Position numbers and translations under genes: made by a program. From Piromyces finnis finn (taxonomy: Eukaryota; Fungi; Neocallimastigomycota), in NCBI GenBank assembly GCA_002104945.1, contig MCFH01000031.1, forward strand, positions 546,028-610,027: DNA of 64,000 nucleotides, in the 5' to 3' direction. Every line of letters starts with the position of its first letter. The first letter of the stretch is position 1. The notes under the pieces are model-generated. The model had not been told where the DNA came from, made no database searches, and was given only the letters and a program-made list of their open reading frames with translations. Below, piece by piece: positions 18,910 to 33,500 of the stretch.

Positions 18910-19575
18910 AAGGAAACATTAAATGATATTATAAATGAAGTTATTTTAGAAGATAATAAAGCTGGTAGTAAACAAAAATTCTATGTTGCCTATAATTATG
19001 ATACCAAAAATAATGATACAACTACTACTAGTATTGAAAGTATTCCTATTAAAAAGAGAAAGATCAACACCATAAACAGCAATCATAATACAAATGAGAT
19101 TCTTGACAAGAAAAGAAAAACTGATTTGGATGAATTTAAATCCATTCGATCTGAGATTAACACAATACCAAAAATTCCTGAAATTAAAAATCTAGATATT
19201 AATCATAGAGACATTTTAGATAATAATGATTTTCCACCATCAAAAAGAGAGTTGACATCGATTAATAATAGTTTTAAAGATAATGGAAATAAGATTAAGA
19301 ATATTGACAATAAAGAATTTTATGGTGTGAAGGAAAATGAAATTAACATAAACAATAAGATATATAATCCAAAATTATTTGAATTATCTGAAAGTTTAGA
19401 GAATGAAATAAATAATAGTTCAACAACCGAATCATCTATTCAAAGTAATCGAAATAATATTGAAGAAGAAAACGTTTCAAACAGTAATATTAAATCAGAA
19501 TTTATTAATAATAATGATAATAAAACGGATAATACGTTTGAAAAGATGGACAGTGCTATTTTTATAAGTCAATAA
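15593..19575 (+). CDS. ASH2: COMPASS/Set1 complex subunit Ash2 (PHD-like finger, winged helix, SPRY)
   Basis: YCYCGKDR..LQCIQCKNWFHVECL..YKFICQLC; SPRY motifs GFRMARTNYGVKEGNWYFEI, NVRVGWSRREG|ATLHGPVGYDSFSYGYRDKTGEKLH, GDVIGC, FYKNG..QGVAFEDL, YYPSVSLFKGGSVTLNFGPEFKYPP. Exons 15593-16092, 16369-16396, 16500-16622, 16795-17506, 17694-18173, 18279-18461, 18610-18764, 18913-19575. Confidence 0.93.
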
Positions 19576-20705
19576 AAAACAAAATGTATCTATAAAAATA
19601 TATCTTTATATAATATATACATATTATCATCATCATTAAACAAATATCTACCAATTATATATATATATATATACATACATACAAATAATTTATATTTTAT
19701 GTATCATCATATTTTATTTTTTTTATTTTTATTTTTATATTTTTCTTTTTAAATTATTATACTATTTAAATTAATAATATAGATCTTTTTTTTTTTTCTT
19801 TCCTTTTTTTATCTTTATTTTTACATATATATCCCATTTATTTTTAAATGTATTTAACTTTTATAGAAATCTATTTTTTTTTATTTTATTTACTTTTGAT
19901 TTATTATATAATATCTTATATCTATTCATATTCACACCTTTATTCACTTTAGAGTGAAATTCGAAATAATTATTGAAATTTATAATAATCAATCATTATA
20001 ATAGTAATAAAAATAAATAAATTCAATTAAAATAAGTAATAATTATAAATAAAAATATATATAAAATTTACTATTTTTTATTAATATAAACATATAAAGT
20101 ATAAATCTTTTTAATATAAAAGAAATAGTTGATAAAAGTTTTTTTTTTTTTTTTTTATCTTTCTTTCTTTGTATAAACTTTGCTATTTATGTATAACTAA
20201 AAAAAACAAAAAAGAAAGTTATGAATAATTAATAAAATTATCAAAAACTTAAAAGTTGTAAATAAAATATATTTAATAAAAAAAAAAAAAAGAAAAAAGA
20301 AAAAGGAAAAAGAAATATATTCTTTATCCAATTTAAAAGATATAAAAAAAAATATAGATGATCCAATTTTAAATATTAAAAAAATTTATTAATTAATAAA
20401 AATTAAAATAAATATTCTTTTTTTTTTTTTTTTTTTAAATAGTATATTAAAAAAATTTTAATATAAAACTATATAGGATATATAGGATATAAGAAAATGA
20501 AATGTTAAGTAAATTTCATGAAATTTTTTTTTTTATAAAAAAAAGAATTTTTCATTTAAATAATTATATAATTTGTATGAAAATAGACAATTATAATTAA
20601 ATATATATAATTGAAAAAGTATTATATATATATATATATATTATACAGGGACTATAGTTGATTTTTAATAATTAATATAAAATTAATGCAGGATAACATT
20701 TCAAG

Positions 20706-23700
20706 ATGAATTATAATAATAAATATATGAATTGGAATATTAATCAAAATCAAAATAATGAAGTAAATATGATTAATAATGTTGGACAACAGGTCGATCA
20801 ACAAATGAATAATTATAATAGAAATGCATATTATAATAATTATATACCCCAGCAAGGTGATAATTCTATTCAATACGGATATACGAATCAAATGCAAAAT
20901 CCAATGCTTCATAATCTTCAACAACAACAACAACAACAACAACAACAGCAACAACATTTACAATATCAACAGCAAAAACAATATCAATATCAATATCAAT
21001 TACAACAGGAACAAAATAATCAAAGAAAAATACAAATGCAACAGGAGCAAGAAAAGCAAAGACAAATTCAAATGTTAAGGCAGGAAGAACAAAGAAGAAT
21101 TCAAATTATAAGGCAGCATGAACAACAACGACAATTGCAACTTCACCAACAACAAGAAAAAGAGCAACAACATCAATATCATATTCAACAACAAGAGCAA
21201 CGTCGTCAATATCAAATGAAGAAACAACAAGAGGAAGAACAACAACGTCAATATAGATACCAACAACAACAGGAACAACAACATCAATTACAAATTAAAA
21301 AACGACAGGAAGAAGAAAATCAAAGACAGTTGCAACTTCAAAAGCAACAAGAAGAAGAAAAACAATTTCAAATGCAATTAAAAAAACATCAGGATGAGGA
21401 AAGACAAAGGCAAATTCAATTAAAAAGACAGCAGGAAGAAGAGAAATTAAGACAAATGCAACTTGTAAAACAGCAAGAAGAAGAACAAAGAATTAAATTA
21501 CAAAGACAACAATATCAAAATCAACAAAATTATTATCAAGAACAACAAAATCAATATAATTCACACTATAGTAATCAAATGGTTTATTCACAACAACAAT
21601 CACAGTCAATGCAACAGCATAATTCGCAACAAGAACAACAAGACCAAGGTAATTCTGATCAGTATTATGCATCACAAAATCAAATGAATTATTCTGTTCA
21701 AAATAGTCAAAGAATTTTAAATCAAAATTCCAATGTACAATATCAATATTTGGATAATGGTAGCAATAATATCTCACCAACAACAAGTATACAATATCAG
21801 CAAAATTCTTCAAATAACTATAACTATCTTCATAAAATGGAAAGCCACTCATCTGCTACTTTTCACCCTCATCCTAATAACTCGTCAAATAATCAAAATA
21901 ATATTTATTCTAATTCAAATAATTCGTATGTTGAACAAATTAATTCACAGCAAAATGGTCAGGATCAAATTTCACCTCAGTTAATGACAGATGATAATCA
22001 AATGAATAGTTCTAGTGAACAACAATCCTCACAGATGGTTAAAAGAAGGCGTATACCAAAGGCTCATGAACAACAGTTGGAACAACAACAATTGGAACAA
22101 CAACTATTGGAACAACAGCTGTTAGAACAACGAAAACAAAAACATGAACAACAACAATTGGGACAACAACTGTTGGAACAACAGCAGTTAGAACAACGAA
22201 AACAAAAACATGAACAACAACAATTAGAACAACAACTGTTGGAACAACAGCAGTTAGAACAACAAAAACAAAAACATGAACAACATCAATTGGAACAACA
22301 CCAATTGGAACAACAGCAGTTAGAACAACAAAAACAAAAACATGAACAACAACAATTGGAACAACAACAATTGGAACAACAACTGTTGGAACAACAGCAG
22401 TTAGAACAACAAAAACAAAAACATGAACAACAACAATTGGAACAACAACAATTGGAACAACAACTGTTGGAACAACAGCAGTTAGAACAACAAAAACAAA
22501 AACATGAACAACATCAATTAGAAAAACAACACTATGAACAACAACAATTAAAACAACAGCAGTTAGAACAACAACAGTTAGAACAACAAATAACTGATGA
22601 AGATAAGAACAATGTTGAAGCACCTGTGCATGATACCCAACCAAATATGAGTACAATTGCCAACGAGGCAAGTGAAGAAGTTCAAATTCCTCTTCATATT
22701 ATTCTTTGGTCATTTTCAGAAGAATATATTGCTGAAGCACAGAAGCTTATTTCATTAAGTACTGATCCATCAGATCAAATAAAAATTCAAAATTTAATTT
22801 TAACTGCAATTAAATGTTTATTATCAATTTTAAGCTCCCCAATATGTAAACAGCTTATAACTCCAAAAGTTGAAGCAAAAACTAGATTTAAAATTGGAGA
22901 AATTTTATATATATATACAGATAATTATTATGAAGCTGAACAACATATACAAAAAGCGGTAAGTTTTTTTTTTTTTCTTTAAAAAAAATATTTGTATTTT
23001 GAATATTTAATTTAAATGCCTTATAAATTTATAAAATTAAATTATTAAAACTAAATAGTCAATTATTATTTATAAAAATTTATTTAATTATAAAATAGTA
23101 TATGTTATGTAAAAAGGTAAATTATATTAAACTTGTTATTGGAAATACATTACATTACCATTTTAATTAATACTAAAACTTTTTTTTTTAAAGTTAAATT
23201 ACATTGATTTAAAGTATAGGATTATAGATATTCATATAAAAATTAGTGAAAAGAATACAAATAAATCCTTTAATGAAACCAATTTATTTGGTTTAATTAA
23301 ACAAGCTGCTAATGAAGCATTATTGTAAACTTGCCTTTTTTTTTTAATCCTTTATATATTTTTCTTTATTGTAGTTTATATATTAAAATAAAATTTTAAA
23401 TATTAATATTAAAAAAAAAAATTAGGGAAAGAAATGTTTATTGGTATTATTATTTCCAAATAAAGGCATTAAATCGTTTATTCAATTTAAATAAACCCGA
23501 ATTTATTATTGAAGTTGATGCTATGATTAATAGAGCCTTAGAAAATAATGATAACGAAATAATTGTAAGAAATTATATATGTTACTATTAAATTAAAAAA
23601 AAAAGTTACCTTTATACTTAAAATCCAACTTTATATATTTTAACTCTCTATATAAAATGTATTTATTATTTAAAAAGATTTTTTTGTTATTGTATAGAGT

Positions 23701-25930
23701 TCAATATTCAATTAATAATAAGAATTTAGAAGAAGTTGAAAAAATATTTGGACAAATTGATAAATTATTAGATATTATTATTAAATTTGTCTATACAAAT
23801 CAGGATAAAAGTATTATCCCTACTTTCCCATATGAAAATAGTTTAATTTATTTGATTTATGATCTTGTTCTTAAATCCTACGGGTATTATAAATTAGGAA
23901 ATTTAAAATTAGCACAATATTATTTAAATCAAATATATGAAGTGAATAAAAAATATGCTGAAATTATACCAAGTGCAACACCATTTTGTAAAGTAAGACA
24001 AAAATATTATTATTCTATTATTTTAGTTTGATTATCCTGATATTCATTTTTATAACCCATTTATAATATTCTATTTATCATCATCACTACTAGATCCCAG
24101 TAAATGATCCGAAAATTGATCATATTGATGTTTCATTTATTTCAGAGCATCAACTTTATGCTTATATTTTATTTTTGACAAGAAAATTGAATTTTAAACC
24201 CGAGTCAAAAGAAGTTGTAAAATATTTAGAAAAAGAAATATCTAATGTTCAATGTAATTTTATTTTTTTTTATATAACTTGTATTTTTTTTTTTTTTTTT
24301 TATTCCTTTTTGTACTAATAATATATATTTTTAATTATAATCTGTTATATAACAGTGGCATTAAACTATGACAGTAAGTTTACTCCTCAAATTAAAAAAA
24401 TATTTTTACTATTTAATAATAATTAACATTTTCCCCTCCTTTTTATAACGTCAATTACAATATAGAAAAAGAAAACTTTTTATTTTTTGAAGATATTGAA
24501 GAATATAAGGAGTGGTGCATAAATCAAAAAGTTAATTTATTAAAAGAAATTATCTTATTACTTATTAATCGTTGTGATTATTTAAAATCCTATAATGTAA
24601 AATACACGAATAACAATCTATATAATGCAATTACTTATAAATTAACAAGATAAAATATAATATTTTTTTATATAAAGGTAAAATAGTTGATATTAATTTT
24701 TTTTTTTTTTAATATATATTTTTGATAATATACAATAAAAGTATATAAATGATTATGCATCCGTTCCTGTTAAAGTAACTGAAATTACTAGTAAAAATCA
24801 ACAACTTGCATTATATTTGGGATATTTAAATCATTCTCTTGGTAATGTTGAAAATGCAAATACTTGGTATCAAAATGTTTTAAAGGTAAAAATAAAATAA
24901 AATAAAATAAAAAAAAAAATTATTTCTTTTAGGATAAATCATTTAATAAAAATATTTTTATTTTTAAATTAATTTTTTGATTAAACTAAATCGTTTCATT
25001 ATATAATGCAATAATAACGAAAATATTAACAGATAAAAGGAAAGAATAAATATAATAATATTGATTTATTAGCAAAAATTAATTTGATATTGTTGGGTAA
25101 AAGTACAGGAATTCTTAATAATTATAATATGGTAATGATACAATTTTATTAGTTTATTTATATATAATTAATACAAATAAATTAACTATTTTTGTTACGT
25201 ATACTTTTTATACCATTGATAATAAATAATAAAATTTTTAGGAATCTGAAATTAATAGATTAATAGGAAGGGTTGATGATAGTCAATATAAGCTCTCTTT
25301 ATTAGTTTTAAATAGTATGACGTATACCTTTAATAATGAATTAAGAAAATCAAGGTATTTTATTTCAATAATGATATTATCCTTTTCTTTTTATTTTTTT
25401 TATTTTTTTATTTTTTTATTGTTAAATAGAATATTTTATTATTAGATAATTTTTATTAACCCCCCCTTTTTTTTTTAAAAAAAAAAATCATAGAACAAGT
25501 TTGTTTGAATCTATAAAGATTATGGAGAATAACGAATTCTCACATACTAAAGTGTATGCCTTATTGGTATTAGGATTAAACCTGTATGTTATTAATCCAC
25601 CTCAATCTGAAGAAATATTTTATACTGCATTTTTAATATCAAGGAAAAATCAAATGGTTTATTTTTCTTATATCATTACAAACATTTTGAAAGGTATTTT
25701 TTTTTTTTTTTTAAAAAAAAACTATAATTTTTAGTAATATTGGCATAATAATGATCAAATCTCTATATTTCTTTTTTTTTTTTTTTTTAATAGAATATTA
25801 TAAAAATGTTAATAAATTAAAAGAAAGTCAAGAATACGAAAAAATTAATATTCAATATCAACATATTATTGGAAATTATCATGGAAAATTAACCTCAAAA
25901 AATACAAATGACTTAATTCTTCGTTATTAA
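20706..25930 (+). CDS. MAU2: Cohesin loader subunit MAU2/Scc4 (TPR) with a long Gln-rich N-terminal extension
   Basis: End of exon 1 (20706-22958): LWSFSEEYI..LILTAIKCLLSIL..LITPKVEAKTRFKIGEILYIYTDNYYEAEQHIQKA, the Scc4/MAU2 N-terminal signature. About a dozen further GT-AG exons encode helical repeats; the likely stop is at 25928-25930. Some internal boundaries are approximate. Confidence 0.82.
22068..22589 (+). repeat. Coding minisatellite: six 66/81-bp units (QxKQKHEQQQL..) built from 15-bp EQQQL/EQQLL modules
   Basis: KQKHEQ occurs six times with 22- or 27-aa spacing in ORF 20706-22982. Confidence 0.9.
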
Positions 25931-27130
25931 TCTAAAAAATGAAAATTTTCCATCATCAAACTATTTTAAAAACTTTTTTTTATTTTTATAACCAAATTTT
26001 TATAAAAGTTTTATTATTTTAATTTATTGCTTTGTTTAATAGAAAGATAAAATAATTTTATCGTAATTTATACCATAGTTTTTTTTTTTTTTTTATGTAC
26101 AATGATAAGAACACAATACACCTAATATACAATTCACTATACACTATCTATATTAAAAAAATAAATAAATAAATAAATAATTTAATAGATAAAAAAAAAA
26201 AAAACATTTTTAGTAAATTAACTTTTAATGCTCTATGAATTATAATTTTCTTTGTATAATTATTTTTTTTTATTCATTTTAGAGAGAATATAAAAGATTT
26301 TCACTTTATATTTTATAATAATTAAACTTTTCTTTTTTGTGAATATAATTTTTTTTTTAATGATTGATTCATCAAATAGATTAATAAAAAATTGATTATT
26401 TTTTTTAAAGTATTTTTAAAGTTTTAAAAATGTTAAATTATATTATATAAAAGTAATCATTATTTTTTTTTTATTCTATCTTATATCCTAAATTAAATAA
26501 TATTAACTTTAAAATTTTATTATTTATAAAGGTTAATCATAGATATAAAAAAGAGAGAGGTTTTACCTTTTTTTTTTTTTTTTATAAATAGAATTTAATA
26601 AATATTATATAAAATAAAATTTTAAATTTTTAGATATAATAATCATAATTAAAAATAATTAAATATAAAAAGAAATTATTAATTATATATAAATGAAAAA
26701 TTTAATTAAAAAAAAAAAAATATTTAAAAATTATACATTATTTTTTTTAATTCTTTTTATTTATTTTTATTTAAAAAGTTGAGAATGAAATCAACCATAA
26801 TTTATACAAAATATCTATAGTTAATGAATAAAAACAAAACAACAAAAAACAAAAAAAGCAAAATAAAATTATCTATATTATTCAATACTATTGAAAATAA
26901 TAGCATTATTTTTTAAATTTTAAATAATTAAATATATTCAATAAAAAAAAAAAAAGTATTTAGAAAAATTAATTACTTTAAATGAAAATAAATGTGTATT
27001 AATTAATAATATAATAACAAAATACTCTATTGAAAATAAATACTGACGCGATTTTATATATTTATATCTATCAAAAGTTAAATTACGTACACTCAATTTT
27101 AATACTTTTTTTACATTTAAAAAGTTAATA

Positions 27131-27952
27131 ATGAGAAAGCAATTTCTATTACTATTTTTATTTTTTGTTATAAATATTGTATTATCAAAGAAAAATCAAA
27201 GAAATGATGTTGATAACAATTTAGAAATTGTTAGTGATAATATAGAAAGGGATGAAACCGGTCAGGTTGAAGTTGGTAAAGATGAAACCGAAATAATTGA
27301 AACCGAAAAAAACGAAACTGGAAAAGTTGACATAGGTCAAGGTGATATAAATAGAGACCAGGAAGGAGAAACAGGACAAGGTGAAAAAGTACAAGATACC
27401 ACGGATAAGGATGAAACAGGACCAGTAGAAACAGGAAAAAATGATACAGAACAAGATACAGGTATAAAGGAAGAAACAAATAAGGATGAAAAAGATAAAG
27501 ATTCAACAAGTCAAGATAATTCAAATAAAAAAGAAAGTGTAAAATCAAAAGTTGATTCATTATACGGTTCAGTAGAAATTGAATATGTACCTATAACACC
27601 TGAAGATAAAACTAAATTGAATTTAATAATATATTTCACAAGTTTATTAGGTATTCTTGTTTTGTTATGCTTCATCCATTCAATTGTATACATAAGACCA
27701 AAAATTATTGAAAAGAGAAATGCAAAGAAGAGAGAACAATTGATAGCAAAAGAAAAAAAACAATTAGACAAGATGAGAAATAGTTCTAGTTCAGTATTAG
27801 ATAATAACAATAATTTTGGTATGGAACAATTAGAAGAAGCAAAATTAAAAGATGAAAGATCTTTAACGGATCCAAGTATTGATTTTAATGCAGCAAGTAC
27901 TGACTGTATTATTAATGTAGATAAAGAATCCTCTAGAAGAAAGAAACAATAA
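27131..27952 (+). CDS. Single-exon type I membrane protein with an acidic low-complexity ectodomain; function unknown
   Basis: 273-aa ORF: signal peptide (MRKQFLLLFLFFVINIVLS), repeated ETG motifs, TM helix LNLIIYFTSLLGILVLLCFIHSIVYI, basic stop-transfer RPKIIEKRNAKKR. Confidence 0.8.
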   Translation: MRKQFLLLFLFFVINIVLSKKNQRNDVDNNLEIVSDNIERDETGQVEVGKDETEIIETEKNETGKVDIGQGDINRDQEGETGQGEKVQDTTDKDETGPVETGKNDTEQDTGIKEETNKDEKDKDSTSQDNSNKKESVKSKVDSLYGSVEIEYVPITPEDKTKLNLIIYFTSLLGILVLLCFIHSIVYIRPKIIEKRNAKKREQLIAKEKKQLDKMRNSSSSVLDNNNNFGMEQLEEAKLKDERSLTDPSIDFNAASTDCIINVDKESSRRKKQ

Positions 27953-29295
27953 TACACTAGGATAGAACATAGAACATCGTACAAATAAGAAGCTATATAA
28001 CATATATATATTTAAAATATTTAAAATGAAAATAGTGTAGCCATTTTTATATATTATTAATATAGATATTTTATTGATATTTATAAACAAGAAAAATTTT
28101 ATATATCAGACGCATTCCTTCCTTCATATTTAATTATCTATTTTAATAAACATAATACCAAAAAAAAAAAAAAAAAAAAAAAAAAAATTAAATAAAAAGG
28201 AAAAAAAAATAAATAAATTAATATAAAAAAAAAAAAAGTCAGTATTTAAATTATATATCAATTAAAGATTAAGAGAAGAAAAGTAGAGAGATACTAAAAT
28301 AAATTATATAGTACATATAAAATATAATTAAATCATATGTAGTGTTTAAAATATTTAAATTTATTTATATGTGTATAATTTATTATTTATTTAGTTATCA
28401 TGTTTTTAAGTGTTATTTTTTTTTTTTAACTAAAATACTTTTCATTTATTATTATCTTTTTTTATATATAAATATAAATGTTTAAATATACATTTAAATA
28501 TTTTTTTTTTACGAAAATCTTAGTTTTATAATAACTAGTATTTCTTTAAAAAAAAAATAAAAATAAAAATAATTTATATAATTTTTACTATTCCCAAAGA
28601 TTCTAATAATTAGGATAAAGGAGTACAATGATTATATACTAAATTTCAGGAAGTTGACTTTATTTTTTTTTTGTTTTTTAAATTTTCCATATAAATTATT
28701 TAAAATACAAAAAGTATATACAAAGTAATAATGATAATAATGATAATAAATATAATAATAATAAACATAATAAGAAAAGTATAAATTGATATTATTTTAT
28801 AAAGTTATATCTAGTTTATAATAGTCGGACACTATTTATATAATCCATGTTAAATTATAACAATAAAATGTATTTATTTTTTCTTTATTTTTTTTATTTT
28901 TTTTTAAAAAAAAAGAATGACCAAGTATATATTTATATATTTATATTTTTTATTTATTATTTTATTTTACAATTTTTTTTTTATTCTATAAAGTTTTTAG
29001 TGAAATTTTTAAATTTAATAAATGCTAAAGGCTATAAGCTTCATAATATTTATTAAAGAGCTTCATTAAAATTATGCCTTTTTTTTATTTTATTTATTTA
29101 TTTATTATTAGATTATTTCACCATTTCATATAATAGGTTCAGTATATATCATCCCATATTATATTAAATTTATTTCCCTACAATTGTTATTTACAGCTAA
29201 TAACTATTTTTCCTGTATTTATTAAATATAATTTCCTGCATTACTTTTTTAAAAATAATTGTTTTTTGTTTAATTTATATAAACGAAACATATTT

Positions 29296-29634
29296 TTAAG
29301 AAAATTGTTTTCTTAATTGTGCCAATTTCGAATTTAAAGAATGATTATTTATTTTACTTTCAGTAGCTGCCATAGCATTAGGACATTCAAATTGATATTG
29401 ATATTTATTTTCAATAATTTCTTCTTCGAGACTAAAAGAACTTGCTAAAGATTCAAATGAGGTAGTTGAAGAGTTTACAGATTTATATAAAGGATGTCTT
29501 CTTTTCCATAAAGGATTTCTATCTAATGATTTTTCGTTTTCACTATGGTTATTAAATTTTAACTTACTTTCGAGTGAAAGTAAATTTATCATATTTTCAT
29601 AATTATCTAAAAAGGAGGAATTACTTCTTTGCAT
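29296..29634 (-). CDS. Hypothetical 112-aa protein
   Basis: ATG-initiated ORF with coding-like composition in otherwise very AT-rich DNA. An AG acceptor lies 11 nt upstream (29646) and an AAG|GTAAAA donor near 30038, suggesting a 5' intron. Confidence 0.55.
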   Translation of the reverse strand: MQRSNSSFLDNYENMINLLSLESKLKFNNHSENEKSLDRNPLWKRRHPLYKSVNSSTTSFESLASSFSLEEEIIENKYQYQFECPNAMAATESKINNHSLNSKLAQLRKQFS

Positions 29635-30326
29635 TTTGGAAATTTCTTTATAATAATAAATAGAGAAAAAATAAATAATACTAAATATATCTTTTCTATT
29701 AATTGAAAAATAAGCTATAGTTAATAGAAAAGAATAAAATCTTTTTTTATTTTACTCTTTCTTTTTTTTTTTTTAACTTTTAATGAATTATAAGATTTTA
29801 CTTTTTTTAAAGAAAAATAGATTTTTTTTTTTTTTATTTTTTTTTTTTTTGGGTCTTTTATAGTAAAGTTTTAATTTTTATTTTGTAATATATTAATAAA
29901 TTAATTATTTTATATATTATCATTATATTTAAATTATATTTAAATTATATTTTTTAAATATAAATTTTATTTATTTATCAAATAAAATTTCAGTCATTCT
30001 ACCCTAAATTAAAGGTGTGACAACATCAACACTTTTACCTTTCTAAAAATAACCAAAATTAAAATAAAAATGTAACATCACACACAAATTCATTCATTCA
30101 TTATATAATTATAAAAATGTATATTTTAATGAACTTATTAAAAAGAAGAATAATAAAAATATAAATATAATATTTCTTATTGTCTTTTTTTTTTTTTTTT
30201 TTTTTTTGATGTTGGTTTATTCATTTTATTTTTAACTTTTATATTAAAATGTAACTATTATTTATTTTTAATTAATAAATAATTCGTGTAACCTTTAACA
30301 TTTATAAAAATTTAAAGATTTTTTGC

Positions 30327-30441
<115 letters not shown>

Positions 30442-30571
30442 GTTTATTATGTTTATTATTGTTAGTATATTAGTATTCTTTTTATAAAATGATTATTAAT
30501 ATTGAATATACTTTTATATTACATATACTTTCTTTTATTTACTTCTAATAAAAATAATATTAGAGATTTAT

Positions 30572-33500
30572 TTAAAAGGAATTTTTAGGAAATGATGTTG
30601 GTACTAGATAAAAATCTTGAGCTGGATTAATTATTTCATGCTTTTCGTCAAGTCGTTTTGGAATACCAGATATATCTTCATCAAGATAAGCTTTAGCTAA
30701 ATCTGGACCTGTTTTTCTATAACGTGATTTTCCATCTTTTCTTCTACACTTAACAATAGTATTTCTTGCAAAAAGAGAAGATGGAAGAGCAACTTTACTA
30801 AGTTCTGAAATACTTGATACAGCTGGTGCTTCAACTTTTACCGTTTCCTCCTATGTATAAAAAAATGAATTAATAAAAGTATTCATATTTTAATATTTGC
30901 ATATTTATTATTGTTAGTTTATTTTTTTCATTCAATAAAATTAGGATTATTTAAATTTATTTTAAAGCTTTTTTTTTTTTTTTACTTACTTTTTGAGGAG
31001 AAACTTCATTTTCTTTATTGTGATTAATAACTTGTTGATGGAGAGCCTTTGGATAGGCATTATTTTTTACTAAATAATTGGCTACATTCCATTTATTTTG
31101 ATTTACAGCAAGGGGTAAAGCTTTATTTTCTTGAGTGACATCAATAGGTTGAATAGATAAAGAGGAGCTACCTTCAACTAAAAATTTTACTACTTCTAAA
31201 TGTCCATTTTCAGATGAAATTTCTAACATTTGTTTTGCATCATAACAAGCTTCTAATTGCTTTTGATACAGGGATAATTGATTTTCGGAAGAAGATGAAG
31301 CAGAGACCGAACTATAATATTCTTTAATAATACTTAATAAACGTATGATATGATTAACATTACCATCTCTTGAAAAGTAATAAAATGGTTTTTTAAAAGC
31401 ATGGGTTGTAGCTCCTGCATTTAAAAGTTCAGTAATGATTTTTGAACTGATTTCATTTATACAACAAATAGACAAGGTATTATTTAATACATCCTCATTA
31501 AATTGAACTTTTTGAAGAATTGTTTCTATTTCATTAAATGCTGTTTGTTTAGCAAGACTATACATAAATTTATTATCGATTAGTTTTACATTATCTTGAT
31601 TAATTAAATGAACGGTTATGGCAATAGATTCCTGAATATTTTTATTGGATACTGTATAATTAGAGTAATTAATTGAACCATTTACAGGTAATTTTTCAAT
31701 CAAGTTTTCTTCAATAGAATTGATTTGTTTACTATGGTATTTCAAAAGGGAATCTTGATCATAATGAGAATTAAATCCTAATTGTTCACATATTAGCAAG
31801 GCATGAATAGGAATACTGGTTGTTTCTAAAACATTCTTTAAATCTTCTGCAATAATTCCTTCATTTAAAGATGTACCTATGGGATGGATAGCGAAAAAAT
31901 TAATTAAAATTCTTGCCCATGGATCAACTGGATTAATATAACGGGCTTGGAATGGTAATAAACGTTGTGGTTGATTTATTCTTGCATCACTTGGTTCAGG
32001 GATACTATATCTTTCTAAATTATATGGATTATTGAGTAAGTATTTAGATCTTCTTTTTAATAAAAGTATAAAGAAATCCATGGAATCTGGAATTTTTGCT
32101 TTGTGATATAATAAACTATCATTTTCAAAGTAATAATCTGGAATTTGTTCAAATAAATATCTTTATATATCATATAAATATTTTTTTTTCTTTTAGTAAA
32201 TCCTTTAAACCGAATTAAAAAAAAAAAAACATAATTTTTGGAAAAAAAAAAAAAAAGTTTTATAATTAAAAAAAAAAAATTTAAAATTTACTCAACAATG
32301 GATGGGAAATTTCTCCATGATGCATTTTCGATAGCCCTTGTTAATGCAACAATTAATGAATCTCTTGGATTTAATTTCATTAGTTCACTGAAATTATCAT
32401 TTTCAGATATATGTTGATTTTTAACTTTTTCATAATCTAAAAAAAAAAAAAATAACAATAATAACATTAGTTTTATTTTTATAAAAAAAATACATATAGA
32501 TACTTTTATAATTTATTTTTATTCATAGTAATGGATTTAAAGGGATACTAACTTATTAAAAGTTTTAATATTGACAAGTAACCTTCTCTTGAAGCAATAT
32601 TAATTGACTCTGATGTGTCTGTAATTCTTGAATTAAGAATCATTTTAACTAATTTTTCTGATCCACTTTGCGTAGCTGCCATTAAGGCTTGATGAATATT
32701 TCTTAATGTAAAGTTATATTTATCATTATTAATATTTTCTTCTTCACAAAGTTCTTTCTCAGAATAGAACCAATGGTTATAAATTAAAATAATTTCCTTA
32801 TCTCTATTTCCCTTTTTTAATGATGAAAGGAAAACCTTTAAATTCTTTTGATTTGGTTGTAACATATCTTTATTTATTAATAATTGAATAATAGGAGTAT
32901 AGTCGTTATTCTTGAGGGATGGAATATTATTTAATAAGACAGTGATGGGTTCTGTAGGAAGAAATTGATATAATCCTAACGCTATTTCAATTGATGTATT
33001 TATCCATTCTGGGAAGGCATATTTTATATAATCAATAATAGAGTTCAAGACATTTGACCAAGACATATAAGCTGATAATTGGAATACAGTTTGAATGATT
33101 TGGATTTGTTTAGAATGTGAATTTATTGCTTGATTAAGATATTCCTTCATTTTTGCTTCCCGACTTATTAAAGCTCCTTGATTTGTTTTAGCAGCATTTT
33201 CTGGAGTGACTTGATTACTTTGAGTATTTACAAGAACAATTTCATCTTCTGGTGAGCTTCTTCTAATTTCATATATATATTCGTCAATAAATGGAATGCA
33301 CATGTGTAATGCATTATTAATAAATAGTCTAGTTAATGTAGAATTTTGAATTAAAATATTAAAAGGAAATGTTGAAATATTATTTGGTTTTTCATTGTTA
33401 TTCATAGAAATTGGTGTTGCTGAAATACTAGGAGATATTGGAGTGTATACTGAATTAACAATTTTGTTTTCCTTATGTAAAATATCAAAAGAATTAACTG

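Noticed and set aside
20652-22671. Val/Leu-rich minus-strand ORFs over the MAU2 Gln tract
   Set aside because: Antisense to CAA/CAG repeats.
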